Shown one piece after another: positions 12,601 through 25,500 of a DNA stretch of 64,000 nucleotides. Made by a program: the position numbers and the translations under genes. Origin of the DNA: Euglena gracilis. Taxonomy: Eukaryota. The stretch's first letter is position 1. The number at the start of each line of letters is the position of its first letter. The notes under the pieces were generated by a model. It searched no databases and was not told the DNA's origin. It saw only the letters and a list, made by a program, of their open reading frames with translations. Location: assembly GCA_039621445.1 (NCBI GenBank), contig CP154954.1, positions 11,588,716 to 11,652,715 on the forward strand, in the 5' to 3' direction.

Positions 12601-15600
12601 CATTTTTTCTGCACCAATTTGATCCATTTTTGTGATTTTTTTTGCAACATTTCTGCTAATTTTTGGTTCTTTTTTTCCTTTGCCCTCACACCTGCCAGAG
12701 GGGGGGTTTATTATTTGGGCGGCCGAAGTCGGTCCTCAGGGGGGGGTTTATTATTTGGGGGGGGGTTTATTATTTGGGGGGGGTTTAAAGTTTTACAACT
12801 AAAAGTGGATTGATCTTAAGACACCTCAGCCAAATTGTGGACCTTTGCTCCGGCTCAATCCGTAAAGTGTGGCGGCGAATCACACCCCCAGGCTTGTATG
12901 GGAATCTCGGAGGAGGGGGGTGGGGGGACCCCCTTCAACCTCCAATCGCCGAATCTTCTCAGTTTACGGGTCAAAAAAAGTCGAAACAATCGAACAAAAG
13001 GGGGCGTGGGGGTATGGAAGGGGGTCGCTGACCTCTTAACCTTTCAAAATTTACTGTAAGTCACCGTAAATTGCAGGTGTGTAATTTGAAAATCATAATT
13101 TCTGCGAAATTTGCAATCCTAGTACCAGGTTTGAACAGTGTTGAGATCTTAATGGGACTTGCACGTAATGGACGGCCGAAAAGACCCCCACCCCCCCCAA
13201 GTTTCGGAAGGGGGGGGCCGCTGCTCTGCGGGGCTTCGCACCGGGTGTGTATTTCGATTTTTTTTTCGAGTGAAAAATTAAAAAAAAAAAATAAAAAAAA
13301 AAAAAAATGGCCCAAAAAATAAAAAAAAAAAAAAAAAAATAAAAAAAAAAAAAAAAATTAGAAAAAAAATGTTTTGTGTCCACATTGAACCAAAAAATTT
13401 TTTGGTCCATAAAACAAAAAAAAAAGAAAAAAAATAAAAAAAACCATTTTCTTAAGGTCAACCACTAAACAAAACAAATAAAGAAAAAAAAAAAATAAAA
13501 ACAAATAAAAACAAGCATTTGTTAAAAAAAAAAAACATAAACCAAACCAGCATAAATAGACACCTTAAAAAACACTCAAAAAAAAAAAAAGCTTTTTTTA
13601 AGGTTTTTTGAGAAAAACAAAAACCAAACTTAAAACAAGAAAATTCGCTCCCAGACACCCCCCAGACCCCCCCCCCCCCTACTTTTACCACGTCTCGGCC
13701 CAAACCCCCCCCTCCCCCCAACCCCCCCTGAACCAAGTCCTCACCCCCCGCGGCCTTTTTCCAACTAAAAACCCCACCCAATTGCCCCCCCCCCCCCCCC
13801 ACAGAACCCGCCACCCCCCCCCCATTTCCCCAATACCTCACCGCCCCACCCACCATCCTCAAATCCACCGCCCAGTAATCCCACCCCCCCCCGAAAAACC
13901 TTTCCCACCACACTTCAAGTAGGAAGGGATTTCGTTTTCACTCCCCTAAAATGCCCTCCCCCCCCCCCTCACCCCATAACCCCCCGGTCCCCCCCTCAAC
14001 CCATTGTGACCCACCACCCGCTCCAATACACCCCCCCACCCTTTCCCCGTTATTCCCCCGTTGAAACTTCCCACCCACCTCGGGAAGCACCCCACCCCCA
14101 AACCCATGCCCATAATTGCGCCCAGTCGCAAGCAGGAAAGCACACCCCAAACCCACCCCCCCCCCCCACCCCCCCCCCACCGTCTGACCCCCCCCCCCCC
14201 CCCACCTATCAAAAGAGCCCCGCCAGCCCCTCCGCCCCCCCTAAACCCTCTCCCCCCCCTCTGCCTCACTTCCTAACCCCGTGCCTGCCTGCCCCACCTC
14301 GCGCACCCCCACCCCCCACCCCAGGTGCTATGTTCTTGACCCCCCACCCCGCCATCCCCCCCCCCACCCATCCTCCAACCCCACCCACCCCCCCCGCCCC
14401 GCCCATTCACTCCGCCCGCCCCCCCAAAACCTACCCACCCCCAATCCCCCCACTGCCCGTGCTTATGCTTCACTTTTTTGCACTTCCGGTTTTTTCCTGC
14501 TCCCCCATTTTTTTTTTTTTCTTCCAACTCTCTTCTGCTTCACAAACAGTTCTTCTGGGTCCCGCGGAAACACTAGTGAAAAAAAATGGACGATTTTTTT
14601 TTCGGATAGACCGTTTTCACCCAAAAATTGCATGAATATCAAAACAGTCAACTGTACAAAATTGGCCCAAATTGCCGACAAATAGCACGTAACGTCGGGG
14701 CTGGGGGCGGGGAGTGTTGCAAATCAAAATACCCTTAGATGGGGCTTCAAAGTGCTTCAATTCAGGTCTCCGGACGTTTCCTTTGACTCCCCACCATTTT
14801 CGAAAAATTTCAGAAAACTCGATTTTTTGACCCAAATGTTTTGTGTCCACATATGAACCACAAAAAATTTTTTGTGTCCACAGGTGAACCACAAAAAATT
14901 TTTTGGTGTCCATACGCGAACCACAAAAAAATTTTTGGTGTCCACAGTGAACCACAAAATGACAATCTTGGTGTACCACACTAAATGAATGTCTGGTCCA
15001 GACCAGGCATTCTTCCTTTAAGGCGCCTTAAAACACCATAAAAATTTTTTCGGGCAAAAAGAAATCACAAAATATGGCAAAAGCAAGCCAACTCCGGGGG
15101 AGAGGATTTTTGGCTTCGCTGAAGCATTGTTTATCAACCAAAAAAAATTGTTTATGTTTTGAACTTTTTTGATTTTCAACCTGAACCAACTTTGGTTCGA
15201 TGCCAGCATGGTTTTTTGAGTGCTCTTGGAAAAATAGACACCTTAAAAAATACTCAAAAGTTCTCAAAATTGCGTTAAAAAAGCTTTTTTTAAGTTTTTG
15301 AAAAACCCTTTAAAAAGCTTGGGAAACCTTAAAACTTTTTTGAAGAAAATTCGCCCTAAAAATGCCTGGCCCAGACCCTCCACAGTGAAGAGCCGGTACT
15401 TTAGAAAACCCTGTCCGGCGGTCAAGGGCGATCATGAGGCCGATTGTGAGCTCCGCCACCGCTGGCAATGACGGAAAGCCAGACACACACCTTTCCAACC
15501 GTTTGTCGTCCCCCCGGGTTGACAACCTTTTCGGGAAGCAAACCGTGCTTCATCCAACCCGGGATGCTGCCACCTGATTGCGCTTGCTGCAGCAGAATGC

Positions 15601-16500
15601 AGCGGCCAAAATCCCCTCCCTGATTTCTGTCATCCAATGATGACGATCGTTAGCCTGGGCGGTCCTTAAATAAAAAATTCCTGTTCCAGCACATCAGCAG
15701 GTCCTTAAATAAATAACCCTGCCTTTTTATGACCGCCTTGTTGTCGGGCCTTATCCTCGAGATCGTGTGGGCCTGACCCCACCCCCCGGGAAACTGTCAT
15801 GCCTGAGAACCCGTCCGGGTCCTTCCCGGAAAACTGTCAGGGTCCCTATTGCAGGCCAATCTGCGAGTAGGAAGTTGACAGGGAGCCCGGTACTGCCAAC
15901 CTGCCAGGGTCATTTTTTCTTTTACTTTCGCTTGAAATGCCCTCCGGGGGAAACTTTCAGGGTCCCGCCTGGGAATCCGTCAGGGTCTCTGGTTCCAGCC
16001 AACTTGTCATGATATGAAATTTCAGGGTCATTGTCAGGGTCCCGGTGACAGTTTTTCGGGGGGGGGGGTAGGAATGTCAAGTTGCAAGTTTCAAGAAACC
16101 CAACTCAACATGCAAATGTCATTGTGTCATAAAAAATAAAATAATAAAATAAGCAAATGAGCTACCTTGCTCAAGGGATCAAAGCTTCAAGAAAAAGAAC
16201 CACGAGGGTCACCGAGGCAAACGCACACACCGGTGGCGTTCATTCCGGGGCAATTGCAGACGTGGATTCCCCGCTGAGCAGCATGGGCGACGTCGACGTT
16301 GTCCACTCCCGCACCTGTGGTCACCCCGCACCAAATCATATCTCAAAACAAGGAAGCCATGTGTGGATTTTGGAAAAAACATCACCAAGAAAAGCAATTG
16401 AACTTCACCAAAAATACCATTCAGTTCAAAAATGCAAAACGCACCCGCAATAACCTTCAAGAGGCACCGCACCAGCTACACACTGCATAATTGGACACAG

Positions 16501-16532
<32 letters not shown>

Positions 16533-19500
16533 CAGGTGCCTTGTTCTATGTGGTGTCTCTCCATAGCAGGCACACCTTCCCGGGGGGGTTAGAGACGCCG
16601 GGGGGGGGAGGGGGTACCCCACCCACCCAGCCTGACGCGGAATTGGATCTCCCCCCCCTAGGGGGGGGAATCCAAAAAATCGGGCCGTGTGAGGGCATTC
16701 CCCAAACCCCCCGGGACCTTCCCCGGGGGGGGGGGGGGTCCGGACCCGGACCTACCCCCCCCCAGGGGGGGTCTTCTGACTTGAAAAGAAGTTTGGGTTG
16801 GACCCTGGTGCCTGCCGACCAAGCCAAATTTCTCTTGAAAATAGCCATTTTTCAGGCCACAGCGCCTTCGGCTCTGGGGTGTGCTGTGGTACCACCCATC
16901 CCAAAACCCAACCTCCCGGGGGAGTCAAAAAAATGACCGATCTTCTGCCTGCCCATAGCACCCACCCCCCAGAGGTGCGTACTTCCGCTTAAAGAAGCCT
17001 GACAACCACCCCCCCCCCCCCCCACCCCCACCCCCCCCCCCCCCCCCCACCCACCCACCCACCCACCCACACACACACAGAGGCACATAACACACACACA
17101 TAGCACACCCACACCTACTCACCTTCCCACCCACCCACCCACACACCAGCCCGCAGAATGAGCTGCAATGACGGGCAGGCGTCCATGATGGCTGCAGTGA
17201 CCTTTGTGGACCTTACGACCTGCCACAAGGCGGGAAAAAGAGTCAAGCGATAACTTCTGAGTCTCAATCAGAGGTTTTTTCAGGACCCGGGGGAGGGAGG
17301 GTCCGGACCCACACACCCACTCTCTGGGGGGAGATCCACTTTTGGGAGTCAATTTTGGGTCCAAAAAATTTTGGTGTTTCATGCGGAAAATAAAACAAAA
17401 CCTCGCCTCTGGCGGGGTACCCACCCAGCCCGACACCCCTGCCTGGGGGGAGGGGGGGTCGGCCCACCCCCCAGGTCACGAACTAAAAAAATATCTGGTT
17501 TCAGTGCCTCACCTTGACACAATGGAATCGGATTGCCTGAAAAATTCAACCACGTTGCACACAGATGTGACCATGTTGCTGTCAGTCTCGTTGCATCCTC
17601 TGGGCGACACCACACAGGTCGTCCACCCACTGAGTGTGAGGTTTCGAGGCAAGAAAAAAACGTGCCTAATTTAATGTATGAAAATGGCAACTGTGGCCGG
17701 GGGCACACCAGGACGGCCGGCTGGTGCGTCGCCAGCGCGGCCTGGAGCTCCGCGCCGCCTCCAGCGAGCCCCACCGCGGCGCACCGCACGTCCCGCAGTG
17801 CGGCGAGCCCGCAGGGGGCGAGTGGGTCCGCCAGCAACACCGTGGGCCGGGCCGGGGGTGGCCCGGCGCCTGCAGCGGGAAGACACCTGAACCCCCATCC
17901 ATTGGAAGGAATTTGGGCTGCTGGCTAACCTCCCATGAGGGTCCCCCGGCTTGAACTGGGCCGGACCAGGGGTCAAAGGTGCCAAAAAAAAAACTGCCAA
18001 TTATAATATCGATATTCTGCCCCAAATCTGCCCTGGCCAGCCCTTTTCCGACCCATTTTTGACCCATTTTAGTACCCCTGGAAGTGAAAAATGTGTAACC
18101 ATCCAGCCGTCCTCCGCGCGGCTCGAAATAAAAAAAACTCGTTGGGGGGTCCTGGCTGGAAAAAGGCTGCTGCTTGCCCCCCCCCCCCGGTCAAAATTCT
18201 CTTAAGCTGAACGCCCTGAACATGACTTAGTACAAGGCTAGGTAACGACTTCCCAAGGTGATGGTGACAACCCCACAAATTTCAACCCAAATATTTCAAA
18301 CAAATTTTTTTGACGACAAAAACAGATTAAATTTTTTATGTATATGTTGTGAATTTAGTTGTGTGTGCCAAATTTCTGCGAAAATGACAAAAAATCTGTC
18401 AAATTTGTGAAAATTGTGTGCCCAATGTTTTCTCGACACGACAAGCAGGCACAGTCCTAGCTGACCACATCCCAAATGAGAAATCAGCCAGCATCGCCTG
18501 GGTCGTGGAATAATTTAGTGTGGGGTGTGTGCACTTTTTCCAGCCCAAACCCACTTTCTTGGAAAAGACTCACCCACCCAGCCAGCCAGCAGTCCATCCA
18601 AAATTGACCGAAAACTCTTGAACAACATTTTCAAGGGATTTCAGCCTTTTGGCCCAGCCAGACTGGACCTTGGCGCAGCCCCCTCCCCCAGGGGGTCCAG
18701 CAGCCCCAACAAACTCTCGAAACCCCCCGGATCACAAGGTGTTAAATGAATCTATCAAGTTTATGGCCTGAGTGATGATATGGAGATATCCGGAATTCAT
18801 TTACTCGTCATCTATGCACACACCTACACCCACCGCACACTGCAATGATATGGAGATATCCGGAATTCATTTACTCGTCATCTATGCACACACCTACACC
18901 CACTGCACACTGCATAAAACTCTGAAATATATTTTAAAAATATAAATTATTCTGAAACTATTGGTGCTCAGGGTGCAATGCAAATGTCAATCATTTCAGA
19001 AAAGCGCATTGCAACACAAGCACACCTGCCAATGCAGCCAGTGGCCAACTTGTGCAAGCCTCGGTGGGTGGTGTGTGGTACCATACATGAGCTGGCGCCT
19101 GCTGTGGACGGGATTAAATATAAAAACAAATATCACAACAATTTTATGGCAATGAGAACATTAAAAGACAATAACGACTGAGACGAGTCAAAAAACCCAA
19201 GCAGGAATGCCGTTGTGAGTGAATTCACATGTATCTTGGGCGGCCGAATTCGCACTTAAGGGGTTTCCCTTTAGAATTTGCGCATTTGCGCAAATGCGTA
19301 AATTTTACGAAATTCCTGGACCCTGTACACACGGAACACAATTTATGAACCATTACAACCCTCTATTGGAGGGGATTAACTCCCAGTGGTTTGGTGTAAA
19401 TGCTGCTCACCAAATGATGCGAATAGGGCGGAGGGTGAGATTGGTGCTCAGGAATGTCAAACAGAGCGCACACCAACACGCACATCACGTTTTAAAACCT

Positions 19501-22500
19501 TGTAGGGTCATGGTCCTCATAGGTGTCTTTTAACATAGAAATTAAAATACATGCTGGTGGGCGCATTTGCGCAAATAAACATAAACATGTTGGTGTGCGC
19601 ATTTGCGCAAATGCGCACACCACCAATTTTGTTTATTTGCGCATTTGCGCCCACCAACACGTCATTTTATCATCATCGGTTTACGTTTTATTTGCGCAAA
19701 TGCGCCCACAAACACAATTGTTTTTATTTGCGCAAATGCGCCAATAAACACACATCAGTTGCGTGATGGCTGGCTGGCTGACGTATTCTGTGTTGTGTGA
19801 TGTAATGAGGCTCCGTGTGTTCATCGGCGGCGGCATTATCACAGTCAGTTCAGCCAGCATTTCAGCATCATTTTCAAGTGTCGTAACAAGGGGTGTGTGC
19901 CTCTCTTCATTTGCATCCGCATTTGCACAAATAAACACAATTACGTTTGTGCGCGCATTTGCGCAAATGCGCAAATAAACATTTAATAAACCGCTTCAAA
20001 ATGATGTGTTTCAGCGAGCCTTAACACACACAAACAAAATTGTGCTTATTTGGGCAAATGCGCAAATAAACAAATATCAGCTGTGTGGTACCATCTCCTC
20101 CTCCGTGACGGCTGGCGAATGCATTTCCTCACGCCAACCATTGATTTGCACCACGATTACGTGGTGATGAAATTTGTGGTGAGAGGCAGTGTGTAATGCT
20201 CACTGGAACATGGCATGTGACTGGCCAAAATTTGGCTGTCTTGTGTGTGCACATTTGCACTGCTGTTACCCGGCCCGAACGGCCTGTTGTTTTGGCGGCA
20301 TCCGTTTGGCAGTTAAACGTCATGAATTGATGGCGTGCAAACCACCTGTGACTGTTGGACACCTTTTCTGCAACAGTGCTGCGTTTCAAGAAGACAAAAT
20401 TTGGCACCTGAAATACCCGGGATGCATCGGGCCGGAGTCCCTTTTCTTGATTTCTCCACCATTTTTCCCTTTGAAAAACGTAAAACACACCAGATTTTGT
20501 GCATAATTTGGGGGGGGAGTGAATCCCACCGCTTTGATGCCACCAGTCCAGTGGTAAAGGTTCAACAATTCCTTGCACCCAAAGTAACGGGTGTTTGAGG
20601 GCTACCTTTCTCCGGCTGTTGGTTGTCATGAACTAGCTCCACGTCGTCCCCCCAGTCTCACACCCCGGTTGCGAGATATAACGTGGCCGCTAAAGCTGGG
20701 TGTTGTTGCACCGGGGAGGTTTGGTGGGTGCTGAAGCACCAGCAGCTGATGTGGCTGCAACAGCGGAGCCGAGGCCGCAGGCCAGTGGCAGGGCCCTTGG
20801 GACCTAAAAATTGGTGCCGGTGGACGTGTACCGTTACTGGGTGGCCTGGGTGGCTGCGCACCCACCTTCAGGACATCCTTTGCCTCAACCTTTCCTGGGA
20901 CCTGTCAATGGCCCAAAAACGGCACCATAACACCATGTGCCGGAGGAGACGGTGTGGTCATTTGCTTTCCAATTCAGAAGCCACTAAGGGTAGCAGAAGG
21001 AGGACCAAATGAGTCGCTTTTTACTCCTCCATTGGTTGTTTATTTGCGCATTTGCGCGCATCTCGTTGTTCATTTGCGCAAATGCGCAAATAAACATAGT
21101 AACTTGTGCAGTTAATTCATGCAGTTTATTTGCGCATTTGTGCCCACAAACAATGTGATGCGCGCAAATGCGCAAATAAGCCACATCTGCTGCTGGTGTT
21201 TGTCAGTTGTGTTTCCGTCGCACCGTTCTTCTTTGTGTTTATTTGCGCATTTGCGCAAATAAACAAAGAACATGTTTATTTGCGCGCGCATAAACATAAT
21301 TTATGTTTATCTGCGCATTTGCGCCCATGAGCTTGCGCCGTCGACAAACAGTGTGACAAACCCACCAACTGGATGGCCCGTTGGTCTGCGCACTCACAGC
21401 TCCTTTATCACACCGTTTATCAATGGCGTCAGTTCATGGGTGCTAAAGCCCAATCCTTGAAAGACATGTTTATTGTTTATTTGCGCAATTGCGCAAATAA
21501 ACATAAACATGTTGGTGCGCGCATTTGCGCAAATAAACACAATTTTGTCCTTCCAGTGTTGGGCTTCTTCTGCTTTGTTATTTGCCACACAACTGGTTGT
21601 GCGGATCCCGGATGTAAGCCGGGTGGGAGACACCCATCCCCCTCAGTCCCTGCGGACCCTATTTCTTCCCCCCTGCACTTCCCTTGCCAAACACCCCACA
21701 CTTACCTTCCTCTCACTGCGTTCCTCCTTCCCGCTTGGTCACACCACACTCACACCCCCCCGGCACCTCCTCCCCGCGCTTTAACAAACAGCCCAAAAAC
21801 ACCACAGCAAGGCGTCGCAAGCAAAGCAGTCCGGCAAACACTCAGGACGCACACCGCCGGCAGGTCGGGCACACCCGGGGACACAGCCGAAAGAAGCAAC
21901 AAGGGCAGTAAAGGTCCCATTCCTTTGCCGCTTTTTTGCGCTTTTTTCAGTGTGGGCCGGCAAGGTCCCCGGGGGTTTCGACGTACAAAGTCCATTTTGG
22001 TACACCCCAAAAACACCATTTTTTGCCAAAGTCCCGGGGGTCATACCGCCAAAATCAGAATTTCGCTCATTTTTTTGCGCTCTCTTGTCAACGTGACCTT
22101 CACAGCCGAAACAAAGAAGAATCAAAAAATTCGGAAATTTGCGCGAATGCGCAAATAAAAATAAAAATCTTAAGTGCGAATTAGGCCGCCTAAGTATATG
22201 TGGGTGCATATTTGCAAAAACGCGATCCACACAAGAACTATTGAAGCATACAAAGCGCTGCAATTCACACAAAGAAATATGGACAACTGATTGAAATATT
22301 GTATGTTGAACGAACATTAAAAACAGAACATAGCCAAAAATAATTTTGATTAACACGGAAACAGTATTTTGTTGAAGGCTTTTACCCTGTTGTGTGATCC
22401 CAATGGGATGAAATGAAACATGGTTGCTGTGTCTGACATCTATTATGTACTACTACATCTATTGCACAAGGTGTGCATGCATGTGTCAGGCTGAGAAATC

Positions 22501-25500
22501 AACTTGCAACTGTGACTATTTTCCACAAATGCTTCGTTGGTGATGATAAACTCTAGACGTGGACTTCGGCTGCCCAAATAACATCCGCTTCAGTAGCCGC
22601 ATCTCACATTTGCTCCAGTAGCCGCATCTCACATTTGCTCCAGTAGCCGCATTCACTCCAGTAGCTGTATCCACCGCATCCAGTAGCCGCATACCGCATC
22701 CACTACAGTAGCCGAATACACCGCAACCAGTAGCCACATCCGCTCCAGTTGCCGAATCCGCCGCATCCACTACCAGCACTCTGCATCCACTCTTTTATCC
22801 GTATCCCCACATCTGCACATCCGCGAGCCAAATCTCACACCATTTTGTGTCAAAAATCGTCAAAACGGACCAAAAATAAACAAAAAAAGCCGAAAATGCC
22901 TTAAAATGGCCAAAAAAAAGCCAAAAACAGACCAAAACAGGAGAAAATGGCCTAAAATGACCAAAAGGTGGGCAGAGAACGGTCAGAAAATGGGCGAGAA
23001 AAGGTCAACATGCCATCGCCCTGCATCGCCCTGCATTGGATCCCCACCTTTGGCCTCCAAAATTCCCGCATCGCCCTGCATCGTCGACGGTGCTTGCCCT
23101 CCGAGTGTATTAAAAAATGCACCGACAGAATTGAGTGAAGAAGCCCCAGCTTCATTCCGGGCAATTGCTTCCCCATAAACGATGCCAAGAGCAAGAGGGG
23201 GTGAACTTGCCTGATAGCTGGCTGCCGGCACAAATGTTTTGAGCGTATTCTTCCAAAATTTGCCTAAAACAGGATATTGCCTAGGGACCCGGGGGGGTCC
23301 ACTGGGTTGCCATTTTGCTAGACACTGGAAAAAAGGGACTAGCTAGGGTTCAGGGGGTTATCTCCACTGGAATAAAAAGTCCTCTGGCACTGAATCCGAG
23401 GTGGAAGAGATTTTTTAATGTGTTTTTTTCTGGCTTAGTTTGTTCAAAAAAAACCAAAATGCCCAAAAATGGCCATTTTTGGCCATTTTTGGGAGTTAAA
23501 TTTTTTTGGTGTTTTGCGCCGGTCATTGGAAAGATATTTCCACTAGCCAACTCAACTAGCAGACCCCCGGGGGTCCACTAAGATGTCCACCAGCCAAATT
23601 TGGACGAGCTGCGGTCCAGCCCCCCCCCCCCCCTCAGCGAACCCGTAAGCACAGGCTGGCCTCAAACACACACCTGACAGTGCATGCGTAACGCAATATG
23701 GGCAGCCGCAGCCCAGACAGTGCAAGCAGCTGCTGCAACAGCAAGGATGCTCTGCGGGAGAGGAAGATTAATCAGACCAACCCATGAGGATATGCTGCGC
23801 TCTGCATTCATATACCAAACCTACACGGACACAATATCTCTTAAACAGCAACTTCAATATACAGCGATCTGTATATTGAAAATTATACACATTGCATACG
23901 TATTATATATTGCATATTATTTCTGAGTTAAAAAGAGGCCTGGAGGGTACACCGGGGATATGCCAACCTGAGGCAGCCGGGAGAACCACGCACTGGAGCA
24001 TTGGGCCTGGCCGTCAGCGATGGAGCGCGGCACTGCAGGGGGAAATGCATGGCGAATGTGGTGGTGCTGGTGGCACGGAATGGGGCACCAGCGATGCAAA
24101 CCGCCTCATCTCTCTGGAAAGCAACAGGAAGCAAACCCTCTGCACCAGGAGCTTTGTTGCACTCCTGCCAAAATTAGAGCTTCCCCCTAAAACCATCCCC
24201 CTTCCCTGCCGTTTTTAATTTAGCAAAACCGCCCCAAAAAGCAGACCCTCCCCAAAAGCTCCCCCCATCCCAAAATGTTAAACTGACCCAAAATGGTTTT
24301 TTTTGACTTTTTCTTTTTGATTTTTACCCCCCCTATGTCCAACGACCGTGGGGGGGGGGGTCGTTGGACACAGGGGTGTGACCAAAAAGGTGTCACACGC
24401 CCGCTGACTGGCTGCAATCCGCCACTGTCCCCAAAAATGGCGAAACTCCAAGTTGGCCAACTCGAGTTGGCTTGTATTCTTCAAAATTATAGCAAATTTT
24501 TGAGCCGAGAACCCCGAAAAACCGTTCAAGGATTGTGTGTTTGACTTTTTCAAAAATATGGGTTCAAAATATATATAACCCCCCCAAATATGAAGCCTCC
24601 TGGGCTTTATATTTGGACAGAATTTCAAGACCCTCAGGGGGGGCTTTATGTTTGGGGGGGGGGGTGGCTTTATACTTGGGAGCGAAAATCAAACTTTTTC
24701 GGGTGGCCTCTATGACCTTCGGCGGCCTTCAATTGTGGTCAAATACCAATTTTATGGCAATTGTTCTGTATGTATGTATGCCAGTCGTTGTGTACCTCCT
24801 ATTCTTCGCAGGAATGTGCAAGTGTTATCCAAAACCCAAAAAATTTCTACTTTTTCCTGAATGACACCAGCTTCTGGCTCCAATTCAGGGGGGGGCTTTA
24901 TATTTGGGCGGCAAAAAACAAACCCCTTGGGGGGTTGGGGGGGTCTTTATGTTTGGGGGGGGGGGGGCTTTATATTTGGGGGGGTTTATTTGGCTTGGTC
25001 TCGCTGGAACGATGTGCCGGGGTTCCCACTCCCCCCCCCTAAGGGTCCAGCCAGCCAGCACCTGTTTTCCGGCAGCCCTGCCCAGCCAGGTTCTGCTGAA
25101 ATAGAGTAGAGCACCTTAAGGCATCCCCTGGTCTGAACCTCATGCAAAGTGAAAAACATTACACGCACGCCCGCACAGGCAATACCGAACCTGGGAAAGG
25201 GACTGAAACTGGGCGAGAAGATGCCGCACCGACGTTGTCCGACCCGTAGCCGGCTGGGTGTGTGGGTCTGGCCAGAGTTTGACGTCAGCTTTGGATTAAC
25301 ATTGGCAAACCTCCGATTGTGCGACACGGATTTTTGTTATGCTCTGTGATGAACAACACTCGGAATGGGGCCTGTGGGCCTGTGGAACTCTGTGCAACTC
25401 TGAACGCCTCAGGGGTTTCCCTCAGTGGACCTTCACTCTGTTGGTCTTCACTCGACCTTTATGTCCAATCGGAATCAAGACAAAAGCATAAACCATTTTC

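Larger units (their letters stand above)
12039..15416 (-). other. Non-conventional (euglenid-type) intron that is a TIR/TSD-bounded insertion
   Basis: Minus strand: CCGCC|GGA CAGGGTT ... AACCCTG CCGCC|GGA. No GT-AG; CAG at +4..6 and CTG at -8..-6; perfect 8-bp direct repeat; removal restores LDRRIVEN. Confidence 0.9.

Noticed and set aside
13280-14520. G-poor poly-A/poly-C tract with Pro/Gly-rich ORFs
   Set aside because: Looks like a noisy copy of 14830-15600 (e.g. GTTTTGTGTCCACA, AATAGACACCTTAAAAAA, AAGAAAATTCGC, CCCAGACCC); most likely a low-quality read or assembly artefact.
20626-20880. GC-rich possible presequence exon
   Set aside because: Lies inside the TIR element, and the flanking exons 23674-23751 and 19026-19098 join in phase without it.
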